64,000 nt of DNA from a virus: IMG/VR virus record IMGVR_UViG_3300007634_000002, positions 11,519 to 75,518 of that record. One strand, written 5' to 3'. The translations under genes and the position numbers were made by a program. A model generated the notes under the pieces. The model worked only from the letters and a program-made list of their open reading frames with translations, did no database searches and was not told where the DNA came from. Shown one piece after another: positions 48,417 to 58,438 of the stretch. Positions within the stretch are counted from its first letter, which is position 1, and every line of letters begins with the position of its first letter.

Positions 48417-49215
48417 GCGCATTCTATTTCCCGAATGGCGTAAACAAAATGAAACAACGAAGTACCCTTTTTCCGAAAAGGCTACGTTGACCAGTCGTGC
48501 AGGTAAAATCTTACTTGAAGGGACATTCCTTGACGCCAACTTGTATCCAATTGGCGGTACCGCTGGATTGTACTTGTCTAAAGTAATTGTCACACACGCC
48601 ACAGTAACAATTTACGTTGGTAATGAAGGTACGTCTGAGCTTTGTTCCACAACTTTTTCTATTTTAAGCCCGCCGGTCACACTTATTTTACGTGATGTTT
48701 ATGACCGTCCCGCAGGTGTCCTTGTTTCCGCAGAATATCGGCTAGGTGTGTTTCAAGCTTTAGGCGTTGGTACCCACATATTTGAACGCAGCAGTACAGA
48801 GTTTGCTGCTACCGTATGTGTACCAGTACCCGAACAGGGCGTTAGAGGAATTTTACTAGATGACGGTACATTTCTTACGGGCGACGTATGGCTTGTCGGC
48901 GATGACGGCGTTGTACTGCGCAAACAACTTATAACTCAGAATAATATTTGTGGAGGCGGAATTCCGTGCACAGTGATTCGTGTAGATATCGTAGGTGATC
49001 CTTTATACCGCCGCAGGCTTTGTAATCCACAATCGTTGTTTACTACAGTCAATCCTATAAAAACAATGCGTTTCATTTCTGACAACATGACATTTGACTG
49101 TGCTTCTCTTGACGGTAACATCACGATTGGCGTCAACAATGCAGCGGCAACTGATACAATACTAAGAATAACTAATACGGAAACCGGGCTTAAAATTAGC
49201 GTGGCGGGGTCGTAA
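48409..49215 (+). CDS. Tail/baseplate protein, paralog 4 of 5
   Basis: WRKQNETTKYPF; GDVWLVGDDGVVL; PIKTM. Confidence 0.6.
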   Translation: MPERILFPEWRKQNETTKYPFSEKATLTSRAGKILLEGTFLDANLYPIGGTAGLYLSKVIVTHATVTIYVGNEGTSELCSTTFSILSPPVTLILRDVYDRPAGVLVSAEYRLGVFQALGVGTHIFERSSTEFAATVCVPVPEQGVRGILLDDGTFLTGDVWLVGDDGVVLRKQLITQNNICGGGIPCTVIRVDIVGDPLYRRRLCNPQSLFTTVNPIKTMRFISDNMTFDCASLDGNITIGVNNAAATDTILRITNTETGLKISVAGS

Positions 49216-49243
49216 CAGCGCGTAAACACTTATAGGATTCACC

Positions 49244-50230
49244 GTGGCCAGAGCTGGATTTTTTGACGATAATCGCAACAGAGCGTACCCGTTTATTACG
49301 GGTACTGCTGGTAGACCAATATCAGGGGTGACTACGCTTATCAATTTACCAAACTCAGCAATTGTTGATTGCGGTTTTACATTTGGGCCTAATGTAGATT
49401 TTGATCACAGGTTTCACGTGGTGTATTTAAAACAATTACGCCGCGTGGGAAATGCATTTTTCTTTGAGTTTGCTTCAACTTGCCCTGCTTTGGCGTATGC
49501 CACACTGACATTCACGCGAACAACAACATCTGATGCATATTTGACAGAATTTACCGACAGCGGACTTGATGGTTTAAGTTTGTCGGGGTCAGAAGTTGAT
49601 GCGCTTATCGAGTCTACATTTCAATCGCTTTGGACAGGATTTCTTGTTACAGGTCCTTTAGATGAATTGACTGCGTTTGTAGCCAGTAATACAACTTTAA
49701 CTGGTACGCTTGCAGATTGTGTTTTAGAACCAGCACTTACGCGCAGTTCGTACAAGTCCGCTATAACGTCTATTAATGTAGCGAACAACGACAGGACTCG
49801 TTACGAAAATCCAGCCGATTGTTCAGAATTAGTGTGGCCTTTTCCGACAAACATTATTTTTATTGATTCAGTATTTTTACGTGACCTTGTGCTGTTTCAA
49901 CCCGGATATAACGCAGATATTAAGCAAAATAGTCGAGATGGGTCTATTACGTTTGCGGCAAAAGTAGGTGCGGGGGAAGGACAACCTTGTGAAGAAATTC
50001 CTTTGTTTGAAACAGAAGTACCGTTGGTGGGAATTAGTGGTTTGCTTTCGGGTGGCCCAGCTTGCGGCGAAACCATTCAAACAATCAACGGCGTCAGTAA
50101 AAGTAACTTTACAATACAGGGCAGTAACGGTGTTCAAATTGAATCCGTGCCTGAAGAAAATAAGTTAATTATTGACATTAATCTTGCGGGTGTCGCTGTT
50201 GTTGTCCCTGCATCACTTTCGCCGGCATGA
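49244..50230 (+). CDS. Tail/baseplate protein, paralog 5 of 5
   Basis: FFDDNRNRAYPF; TIQTINGV. Confidence 0.6.
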   Translation: MARAGFFDDNRNRAYPFITGTAGRPISGVTTLINLPNSAIVDCGFTFGPNVDFDHRFHVVYLKQLRRVGNAFFFEFASTCPALAYATLTFTRTTTSDAYLTEFTDSGLDGLSLSGSEVDALIESTFQSLWTGFLVTGPLDELTAFVASNTTLTGTLADCVLEPALTRSSYKSAITSINVANNDRTRYENPADCSELVWPFPTNIIFIDSVFLRDLVLFQPGYNADIKQNSRDGSITFAAKVGAGEGQPCEEIPLFETEVPLVGISGLLSGGPACGETIQTINGVSKSNFTIQGSNGVQIESVPEENKLIIDINLAGVAVVVPASLSPA

Positions 50231-50243
50231 TATAGGTGACACC

Positions 50244-53200
50244 ATGGCGGATGACGAACTAATCTTTGACCCAACTAAATGCGACATCGATGCCGTTACG
50301 CGTATCTCGCCCGGTGGCCTTTTAACCGACGCCACTGTACCACCACCGCCTGATGCCATTACCGAATGCCAACTTGTTCCTATTGTTGAGTTACCTAGAG
50401 AATTTCCGTGCCCCGATTTGCTTGTAACCGAATCTAGCATTTTCATAGGGTATCGCGCAGACGATAGTAAGATAACCGAACCTGCGTTGTTGTTTACTGT
50501 CACAAAAGGAACATGTTGCGAATTTGATTTTCAAGTTACCATTGAAATTCCTGATGTTGTATGCCCTGATATGACGTCTTTGGCTACAGATGGTCATGCA
50601 ATTACCGTCACAGGCGGAACACCCGGCGCATTACCTGACGGCAAAATTTATTTAACTGTTGTTAAAGATGATTCGTCTTGTGCGTTTGATTTTGACGTAG
50701 ATTTTGACTTCACATTCAGTTGTCCTGCTCTGACATCAAATGCTGAATTAGGCAAAGATATTGCCTTTTTACAAGGTCCTGACGGATCCCCACCTGAAGG
50801 TAAAATTTACCTAGCAGTTACCAATACCGAAAACTGCGCATTTGAATTTGACGTCGATGTTGAGTTTACGTTTAGTTGCCCTAACCTGACATCAAATGCT
50901 GAATTAGGCAAAGATATTTCTGTATATCAAGGCATTAATGGCGCTCCTCCTGAAGGCAAGATTTACTTAACCGTCAACAATACAATCGATTGCGCGTTTG
51001 AATTTGACGTTGATTTTGACTTTACTTTTAGTTGCCCTGCGCTCACGTCTAACTCAGCAGAAGGTACTGCCGCTGTAATCACGCAAGGTACGGCGGGTGA
51101 TTTACCAGAAGCCACCATAACGCTGACAATTAACAACACCGAAAATTGCGCGTTTGAATTTGACGTTGATTTTGACTTAACTTTTAGTTGCCCGGCACTT
51201 GAGTCTAAAGCAGAAGAAGGCAATAGCATCGTCGTGACACAAGGCGATGTCGGTGCATTACCTGAAGGTTCCATTTATCTAAATATAAGCAACACTGAAA
51301 ATTGTAGTTTTGAGTTTAACGTAGATTTCGATTTAACGTTTAGTTGCCCAGCATTAACATCTTTATCTGAATCAGGTACACCTGTAACTGTAACGCAAGG
51401 AACACCGGGAGCTCTGCCCGAAGCAACATTGTATTTAACCGTAGAAAATACCGAAAATTGTAGCTTTGAATTTACTATCGAAGGTGACCTTACATTTAGT
51501 TGTCCTGCTATTAAGTCATTGGCTACTGACGGCGTACCGATTGTAATCTCGCGTGACGGTACAGAACCGTCTGGAAAAATAACACTTACAGTCAATACCG
51601 CAGAAGATTGCAGCTTTGATTTCGACGTAAACGTGGACTTAGCCTTACCCTGTCCAATTATGACAGCTGTAACGTCTGCGGGCGCTGCAATTGAAATTTC
51701 ACAGGGTATTGCAGGTAAATTACCGACGGGCACTATTTATCTGACAGCAGAGCCTTCAGATAACTGTAGTTACGACTTTGATGTGGCCTTAGATTTTACG
51801 TTTAGTTGTCCTGCATGCTTGTCGTTGTCCGACGCCGGTACAAGCGTTGCTCTTACGCGCAATGGATCGCCCGCAGTTGGGGATACGGCGCCTACCGGTA
51901 CTATTTATCTAACTGTTGAAAATACCGAAGACTGTACGTTTGAATTTGCGGCGGATCTTGAACTAGATTTACCCTGCGCCGAAATGACGTCACTTAACGA
52001 CGATGGTATAGACGTTTATGTAGAGCGTGGCATTGACGGTGAACTAACCACAGGCACCATTTATCTAACAGTTGAAAACACTGAAGACTGTTCATATGAA
52101 TTTAAGGCTGATTTGGACATTGTGACTTGTTGTCCTGCGCTGACGTCATTGTCAGAAGACGGTACTGACGTTGAATTTACTGCGGCTGAAGCAACCGCAA
52201 CACCCACAGGAAAAATTTATTTAACCGTAAACAATACAACAAACTGCATTTTTCAATTTGAAGCCCGCTTAGAATTGTCTTTGCCCGAACCCAGTTCTGT
52301 TGTCTACATGATAAGAGTTTCTAGTACTACGCTTACGATTAACGGCAATTATCCGGGTTACATTATTGCATACGATCCCGCGTCTAATACTTACGTCGAT
52401 TTGAATTACATAGAAATACAGCCAACATTTGGAGGTACGGAGCTTTCCGTTCAAACGTATGTTGGTGTATTAGTCGGTTTTGTTGGCGGCGGCGGTCCCG
52501 GCGGTGGCGGTACTCCTATTTACGGTGCTAGTCCCGGCGGTGGCGGTGGTGGTAGTGGTAGTGGTAGTGGTGGTGTTTTAGTGCAGGTTATAAGTACGAC
52601 GCCTAACGCGTTTGGACATTATCGTGCAAACCTTTTAACATTTAATCCGACAACTAATGGTTTTACCGTTGCAAGTCCAACTGAAGTAACGGTTTACGAT
52701 GTTGACTACGCGCCATTGTTAAAAAAAATATATATCGGTAGTTTTGGCGGAAAAGAAAGTTCAGGAAAATCTGTATATCTAGTACGCACCCGTGATGACG
52801 TAGCTTGCGTAAAAGTTAGCTACTATGACGTTGACGAAAATAATAATTACCCCGGATATCTTTTAAATTACAACAACGATACAGATTCTTTTGAAGAAAC
52901 TTACGATATTAAAATAAAAGACAGTAATAATTTGCCGCTAGAAGACCAAAAAATATATTTTGGTCGTTTTAGTGGCTCTGTCGGTTCTGGTAGTCTTAGT
53001 TTGTACGGCAGCGGACAACCTATAAATGATTATTTGTACACCGTCGAAAGTAAATCTTTTACACAAGCCGTGCGGGTAACTACGCTTTCCCCTTTTAACG
53101 AAGGCGGTAGTGCCGGTCTGTACGACGGATACGTACAAAGATTTAACGGCGGGTTCATAGACTGGCGTCCTATTAAAATTTTAAATGTGATTACTAACAC

Positions 53201-53474
53201 TGTTATACCCGGGCGTTATTTAGGTTATTATAGCGGAACCTTGTATAATAACAGTGTGCCTATATATTTAATTCAATATACGCGTACTACAACAACACCA
53301 CCGCCTGCCATATTAACTTTTGATTTTGTATCAGGTATATCTTGTTTTAATGGTATTTTTACGCCGGAATTTCTTACCGTGTGTATACCGTACGGGTACC
53401 TGTGTGTTACTACTACAACAACTAGCACGGCTGGTCCGACAACAACCAGCACGACCTCGACGGGTGGTGTATAA
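50244..53474 (+). CDS. Tail fibre with 11-12 two-Cys ~52-aa repeats and four C-terminal ~65-aa modules
   Basis: Repeats FSCPALTS...G.IYLTV.NTE.C.FEFDVDFDFT; Gly linker; AGGTG RBS favours ATG 50244. Confidence 0.7.
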   Translation: MADDELIFDPTKCDIDAVTRISPGGLLTDATVPPPPDAITECQLVPIVELPREFPCPDLLVTESSIFIGYRADDSKITEPALLFTVTKGTCCEFDFQVTIEIPDVVCPDMTSLATDGHAITVTGGTPGALPDGKIYLTVVKDDSSCAFDFDVDFDFTFSCPALTSNAELGKDIAFLQGPDGSPPEGKIYLAVTNTENCAFEFDVDVEFTFSCPNLTSNAELGKDISVYQGINGAPPEGKIYLTVNNTIDCAFEFDVDFDFTFSCPALTSNSAEGTAAVITQGTAGDLPEATITLTINNTENCAFEFDVDFDLTFSCPALESKAEEGNSIVVTQGDVGALPEGSIYLNISNTENCSFEFNVDFDLTFSCPALTSLSESGTPVTVTQGTPGALPEATLYLTVENTENCSFEFTIEGDLTFSCPAIKSLATDGVPIVISRDGTEPSGKITLTVNTAEDCSFDFDVNVDLALPCPIMTAVTSAGAAIEISQGIAGKLPTGTIYLTAEPSDNCSYDFDVALDFTFSCPACLSLSDAGTSVALTRNGSPAVGDTAPTGTIYLTVENTEDCTFEFAADLELDLPCAEMTSLNDDGIDVYVERGIDGELTTGTIYLTVENTEDCSYEFKADLDIVTCCPALTSLSEDGTDVEFTAAEATATPTGKIYLTVNNTTNCIFQFEARLELSLPEPSSVVYMIRVSSTTLTINGNYPGYIIAYDPASNTYVDLNYIEIQPTFGGTELSVQTYVGVLVGFVGGGGPGGGGTPIYGASPGGGGGGSGSGSGGVLVQVISTTPNAFGHYRANLLTFNPTTNGFTVASPTEVTVYDVDYAPLLKKIYIGSFGGKESSGKSVYLVRTRDDVACVKVSYYDVDENNNYPGYLLNYNNDTDSFEETYDIKIKDSNNLPLEDQKIYFGRFSGSVGSGSLSLYGSGQPINDYLYTVESKSFTQAVRVTTLSPFNEGGSAGLYDGYVQRFNGGFIDWRPIKILNVITNTVIPGRYLGYYSGTLYNNSVPIYLIQYTRTTTTPPPAILTFDFVSGISCFNGIFTPEFLTVCIPYGYLCVTTTTTSTAGPTTTSTTSTGGV
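50550..52290 (+). repeat. ~156-nt (52-aa) degenerate tandem repeat
   Basis: For example CTGACATCAAATGCTGAATTAGGCAAAGATATT recurs exactly at 50730 and 50886 (156-nt period). Confidence 0.85.
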
Positions 53475-55819
53475 TGAGCACGATGCCGCCAACGACCTCG
53501 AGCACGTCGAGTAGTAGCTCGTCTAGTAGCTCGTCATCGACGACCTCGAGCACGAGCAGCTCCACCAGCTCGACCACGGCACCAACAACTTCAAGTACCA
53601 CCAGTTCATCATCAACAACAGCACCGACAACAACTTCAAGTACCACCAGTTCATCATCAACAACAGCACCGACAACAACTTCAAGTACCACCAGTTCAAC
53701 GTCAACAACTTCTAGTACGACATCAACGACAACTACAACTACTACACCGTGTGCTGGTAGTTGCATTTACTCGTGGTCGTATGAAAGTTCTGGATGGGTA
53801 TTAATTGATAACGCGTGCGAAGGCGAAGATTGTGTATGTGGCGATGCGCCTCCACTATCAGAATTTGAAAAGGGTGATACGTATTATACGTTTTGCCGTG
53901 TAAACACACCAGCGTCAACAAGTACGACAACATCAAGCTCATCAACAACAAGTACAACAACGACACCTGCGGCCTGTGCTAGTTCTTGCCTATATTTGTG
54001 GGAGTCAGACGGATGGCGTTTACTAGCATCTGATTGTTTCGCAGGTTGTTATTGCCCGGGACCGCCTGCGTATTCCGGTACAATTATAGGCGGAGCAGCA
54101 ATTTTATCTTGTAGCAACACGCCACCAACGACCACTACAACAACTACTACTACGGCGGGACCGTGTGCCGGATTCTGCACGTGGGTGTGGACAATATCCA
54201 ATACGTGGTCACAAGGCTATACAACTTGTTCTGGTCCGTGCGGTTGCCCAGAACGTCCACCTAATCCCGGAGCATTTGCCGGACAAGAAATACGCGTCGC
54301 TTGCGTACCTACAACAACAACCTCCACAACAACAACTGGAGCTCCCGGCGTAACTACAACTAGCACAACGGCTACTACGACCACGACGGCACCGTGTGCT
54401 GGTTATTCTATTTGGGATTACGGGCAATCACCAAATAATATAGTTGTTCAGTCGTTTTGTCCTACGGGTTGTCGCGCTTCTTCAGTAACAAGTGATGGCA
54501 GCCAAGGCGTCCTTAATTATAGTTATGAAGCATACGACCCAGACAACGGTGAATACCGTATATACGATAGTGCTGACTACATGATAAGACGTTGTTATCT
54601 TTATTGTGTATCTAATTCTATAGTATTGCCAACAACAACAACAACAACAACACGAGGTCCAAAGGTATGCAGAGAGTCATGTTCTTGGCAATGGAACGCT
54701 ACAAGTGCAAAATGGTTAAAATACGGACTGGATCGCTGTGATTATGGCAAATATGACTTAGTACAAGCAGATCCTTATCCTTATTATCAGTATGTAGATC
54801 AAAATGGATGTTTTTGCGGATATCCTGACCACGATGGTACTTACGACGGACAAATTACAACGGCTCCGTGCATAATTACAACCGCATGCTCCGATTGTAA
54901 AAAACGAGCTATTCCGCTTTGGTGTGAACAAGGATTGACTTATTTTCCACGTACATTAACCATTACGTTTAGCGATCCTGAAAATGTTATGCCCTGTATT
55001 GATGGATTTTCTGTTGTGCTTGACACCAGAATAGAACGCACTAGACGTGTTGATTACGGTAATGTAACAACTGGATTAGTAGATTACATTATAGGCACTG
55101 GTAGCGTAAGAATTCCTCCGTGTGACGGTACAGTTTCTTATATTCCGGGAGTGTATTACGATTACTTTCACACACGTTGTCCCAAACATAAACATGGTTT
55201 ATTGTACGGATCAAGTACTACTACAAGTGCAGATATTGATCCTGATTTGTATTTCAGCGCTAGAGTTTCAGTGTCGAGGCTATACCCACACAGAGGGCCT
55301 GAGGGGACAGGGTCGGGTTATTACGATCATGCGACGGATTGCATGTGTAAAGGACGTAATGCCGGTAAATATACTGGGTTAAGAGGCCTTGGTCTCGAAA
55401 CTGATCCTTCATATATGTATTATTCGTTACCCACATATGAGGTAGCTATGACGCTTGGCGGCATGCTGGGCACCGGGTACTTTTGTTGTGAACCTCAAAG
55501 TTTAAAAAGTTTTGGTAATCCGCACTGGCTTTCCGTTGCAAATGGAGGAGTAGGAACTCCGTGTTGGCCGTATCCCGGGTGGGGTGACGGTGTACTGCCC
55601 GACTCAGGCCAAAGCGGCACCCTGAATCTTGGCCCAACATGCCCGCTAGATTCGTGTAATCCTTTTATTATTACCGGTAGTAGTCCAGTAACGCCAAATT
55701 TTGAAAATCCACGTGATGACCTTTTAGGTACTTATTATGCGTCTTACAACGACTCAGGCTTTCGTTGGAAATACGGAGCCACAGGTACTGGAAGAGTGTA
55801 TTGGACGGTGACAGAATGA
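53474..55819 (+). CDS. Mucin-like Ser/Thr-rich fibre protein with repeated 6-Cys modules
   Basis: About 90-aa S/T N-terminus; five C-x3-C-x-x-x-W...W...C..C-x-C..P..G...C type modules separated by poly-Thr; TAATG coupling. Confidence 0.75.
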   Translation: MSTMPPTTSSTSSSSSSSSSSSTTSSTSSSTSSTTAPTTSSTTSSSSTTAPTTTSSTTSSSSTTAPTTTSSTTSSTSTTSSTTSTTTTTTTPCAGSCIYSWSYESSGWVLIDNACEGEDCVCGDAPPLSEFEKGDTYYTFCRVNTPASTSTTTSSSSTTSTTTTPAACASSCLYLWESDGWRLLASDCFAGCYCPGPPAYSGTIIGGAAILSCSNTPPTTTTTTTTTAGPCAGFCTWVWTISNTWSQGYTTCSGPCGCPERPPNPGAFAGQEIRVACVPTTTTSTTTTGAPGVTTTSTTATTTTTAPCAGYSIWDYGQSPNNIVVQSFCPTGCRASSVTSDGSQGVLNYSYEAYDPDNGEYRIYDSADYMIRRCYLYCVSNSIVLPTTTTTTTRGPKVCRESCSWQWNATSAKWLKYGLDRCDYGKYDLVQADPYPYYQYVDQNGCFCGYPDHDGTYDGQITTAPCIITTACSDCKKRAIPLWCEQGLTYFPRTLTITFSDPENVMPCIDGFSVVLDTRIERTRRVDYGNVTTGLVDYIIGTGSVRIPPCDGTVSYIPGVYYDYFHTRCPKHKHGLLYGSSTTTSADIDPDLYFSARVSVSRLYPHRGPEGTGSGYYDHATDCMCKGRNAGKYTGLRGLGLETDPSYMYYSLPTYEVAMTLGGMLGTGYFCCEPQSLKSFGNPHWLSVANGGVGTPCWPYPGWGDGVLPDSGQSGTLNLGPTCPLDSCNPFIITGSSPVTPNFENPRDDLLGTYYASYNDSGFRWKYGATGTGRVYWTVTE
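53585..53698 (+). repeat. 45-nt perfect tandem repeat, about 2.5 copies (encodes TTSSTTSSSSTTAPT)
   Basis: ACAACTTCAAGTACCACCAGTTCATCATCAACAACAGCACCGACA-type unit starts at 53585, 53630 and 53675. Confidence 0.9.
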
Positions 55820-56208
55820 AACCCTGTAAACACTTTCCTTCTCGCGATGGATGCCGAGTTTGCTGGCTGTACGAGCATGATGCGCGGTATCGCACGTTTT
55901 GGGGCGGTGATCCTGACACAACTACAACTGAAATTGTTACAACGGGTGCAACGCCGCCACCGAATCGCGGCGCGCAACCCACTGACGAACAAATGGCGAT
56001 GTTGCGCAAAATAAAACTGCACATGGCTTCTCCGTGTCAGCATTTAGGCGCGGCACTTGAAGAAAAACCGTCGTGTGGATGCGGCGGATCTTTGGCAATT
56101 TTACACTCATGTAGCCTTCATAGCCAGTGCCGTATATCATCTCGGGATACCGCAGTACGCAATTGCATTGCGTGCGACGACTACACCCCGAGAGTAGAAA
56201 ATGTATAA
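55816..56208 (+). CDS. Small Cys/His-rich protein
   Basis: ATGA overlap at 55816; CKH..GCRVC and CQHLG..SCGCGG..HSCSLHSQC..CIAC. Confidence 0.65.
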   Translation: MKPCKHFPSRDGCRVCWLYEHDARYRTFWGGDPDTTTTEIVTTGATPPPNRGAQPTDEQMAMLRKIKLHMASPCQHLGAALEEKPSCGCGGSLAILHSCSLHSQCRISSRDTAVRNCIACDDYTPRVENV

Positions 56209-57067
56209 CTTGACAGTGGGCATGGCTACATTCGACGATCCACAAGGCGTGTGGTGGACATTATCTTCGCTCCGCATGCATCACGATCTTACTGGCGTGG
56301 AATTGCTGGTCGTTGACGATCATCCAATAGCAGGACGCGGTGAAATAAAAAATGTTTGCGCTAACGCTCAAGCTCGTTACGTGCATGCGCCTAAAAATAG
56401 AGGACCGGCACACGCAAAAAATAGTGTTTGGGAACACGCTACGGGTACGCACGTTCTTCTCGTAGATTGTCACGTTTTACTTGCGCCGAACGCTATCGCA
56501 CGACTTGTTGCGGCTGCACGTTCAGGCGAAGTAGGACACGACATGTGGGTAGGACCATTGCGTTCCGAAGCAAATGCGATCATTGCAACAGAGCTTGCCC
56601 CAGAATTACGTGGTGATTTTTATGGTACGTGGTTTGTAAACAATCAGCATACCGGTGATACGCCGCGTGAAGTTTTAGCACACGGCAGCGCCCTTATGTT
56701 TATGCAAAAAGATAAATGGCCAGCTTTTTCGCAACATTTTAAAGGATTTGCCGGGGAAGAAATTTATATTCACGATAAGGTGCGCAAACAAGGCGGACGT
56801 GTCATGTATCAGCCGTGGCTTGGGTGGTGTCATCGTTTTCCAAGATTTGGCGCCGTCCCGTACAATTTAACACTTAACGATAAATTCCATAATTATTTAA
56901 TTGCTGGCTATGAGATGGGTTGGAATGTTCCGCAATTACGTGAATATTTTGGCCGAAAATTACCGTTGGAACAAAGAACTATAGCAGAGCAAGGTTTAAC
57001 AGAAATTTATCCAGATATATTTACCCGTAATTACGATAACGCTGTAACTATTAAAGCCCACGACTAA
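56201..57067 (+). CDS. Glycosyltransferase family 2 (GT-A fold)
   Basis: LTVGMATFDD, ELLVVDD, NRGPAHAKN and VLLVDCH motifs. Confidence 0.85.
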   Translation: MYNLTVGMATFDDPQGVWWTLSSLRMHHDLTGVELLVVDDHPIAGRGEIKNVCANAQARYVHAPKNRGPAHAKNSVWEHATGTHVLLVDCHVLLAPNAIARLVAAARSGEVGHDMWVGPLRSEANAIIATELAPELRGDFYGTWFVNNQHTGDTPREVLAHGSALMFMQKDKWPAFSQHFKGFAGEEIYIHDKVRKQGGRVMYQPWLGWCHRFPRFGAVPYNLTLNDKFHNYLIAGYEMGWNVPQLREYFGRKLPLEQRTIAEQGLTEIYPDIFTRNYDNAVTIKAHD

Positions 57068-57082
57068 TTTAAGGAAAAACTC

Positions 57083-57805
57083 GTGTTACCAAAAATATCT
57101 TGTTTTTGCGCTACGTACGGCCGACCTTTTTTGTTGGAAGAGGCAATCCATTCGTTTCTTCAGCAAGATTACGCTGGAGAAAAAGAACTTGTAATTGTCA
57201 ACGATTGCGCAGAACAAACACTAATATTTGAGCATCCTGAGGTAGTAATCGTTAATACTAAGGAAAGAATTATACCGCTAGGCAAAAAGTTTAATACTAC
57301 CGTTGCGTTGTGTTCTGGCGAGTACATTACGCCGTGGGAAGACGACGATATTTACCTAAAAAACAAACTAACAGTGCAGCAGCAAAATTTGAATCCCGCA
57401 GGTTTGTTTCACACCGCAATGGCCTATATTGAAGAAGCACATCAGCATATAACTAAAACTAGAAATTTATTTCAATGTAATTTACTAATTCGGCGTTGTA
57501 TTTTTGAAGAAATAGGTCAGTACGAAGAACACAAAGACACTGGAACAATTGATGCGCAGCTTATTGGTAGGCTTGTGCATGTGTTTGGTGCTTTTAGTAA
57601 AGACATACCGGAAAAAGATCGATTTTACATTTATCGCTGGGGTACGGCAAACAACTATCATGCATCGGGATGGGGCACTGGTGACGTATCGCAGTTAGCT
57701 GCAAGTGTCGTAAGTGACAACATAAAATCAGGAAGTATGCCCGTAGGCGACATTAAATTAAACCCGCACTGGAAATACAATTACGCGGATTACATTCCAG
57801 TATGA
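57083..57805 (+). CDS. Glycosyltransferase family 2 (GT-A fold)
   Basis: ISCFCATYGRP..LEEAIHSFLQQDY, ELVIVND, PLGKKFN and WEDDDIY motifs. Confidence 0.9.
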   Translation: MLPKISCFCATYGRPFLLEEAIHSFLQQDYAGEKELVIVNDCAEQTLIFEHPEVVIVNTKERIIPLGKKFNTTVALCSGEYITPWEDDDIYLKNKLTVQQQNLNPAGLFHTAMAYIEEAHQHITKTRNLFQCNLLIRRCIFEEIGQYEEHKDTGTIDAQLIGRLVHVFGAFSKDIPEKDRFYIYRWGTANNYHASGWGTGDVSQLAASVVSDNIKSGSMPVGDIKLNPHWKYNYADYIPV

Positions 57806-58362
57806 AAAATATAACTGATTATTTTTTTGATGCAATAAACACGCCGTCTGACGTGTCTGAACACATTCAAACGCTTTACAGTTTTGCGAAGAAGTGCAAA
57901 CACGTCACAGAGTTTGGTTTTCGTACCGGCGTATCGACGTGGGCGTTACTTGCAACAATACCTAAAACATTAGTGTCTTACGACATTTTCCCGTGTTATT
58001 TTTCTGAACACGCACGAATTGCAAAAGAACTAAACGTTGATTTTTCTGGCTGTGTCGGTAACACGCTTTCTATCACCATTGCTGACACAGACTTGTTGTT
58101 TATCGACACTTTGCACAATTACGCGCAACTGTACGCCGAATTAATGCGACACCACACAAACGTAAACCAAGGTGGGTGCATAATCATGCACGATACGCAT
58201 ACGTTTGGAAAGACCGACGAATCGGGCTTTAGCAATGGTCCTCAAGGTTTACAGCAAGCAATATCGGATTTTTGTCGTCAACACACAGAATGGTCTGTCT
58301 GTTACCACACCAATGTCAATAACGGCTTAACCGTGTTGCAGCGACACCCGTCAAATGATTAA
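57802..58362 (+). CDS. Class I SAM-dependent methyltransferase (Methyltransf_24-like)
   Basis: VTEFGFRTGVST, DLLFIDTLHNY and GGCIIMHDT motifs. Confidence 0.85.
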   Translation: MKNITDYFFDAINTPSDVSEHIQTLYSFAKKCKHVTEFGFRTGVSTWALLATIPKTLVSYDIFPCYFSEHARIAKELNVDFSGCVGNTLSITIADTDLLFIDTLHNYAQLYAELMRHHTNVNQGGCIIMHDTHTFGKTDESGFSNGPQGLQQAISDFCRQHTEWSVCYHTNVNNGLTVLQRHPSND

Positions 58363-58417
58363 TTAGCCGTTGAAATTGCATTAGAAAAAATTTACCCTAA
58401 ACTTACATGACTAAGCA

Positions 58418-58427
58418 TAAGTACTTA
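58418..58427. promoter_or_regulatory. TAAGTACTTA palindrome (copy 4)
   Basis: Exact intergenic copy, not overlapping a stop codon, 11 nt before ATG 58439. Confidence 0.4.
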
Positions 58428-58438
58428 CAGAGTTCCCC

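Noticed and set aside
53422-53766. Minus-strand ORF rich in Val/Leu/Glu (VVVVVVDVVLEVV)
   Set aside because: Antisense shadow of the Ser/Thr codon repeats in the + strand gene
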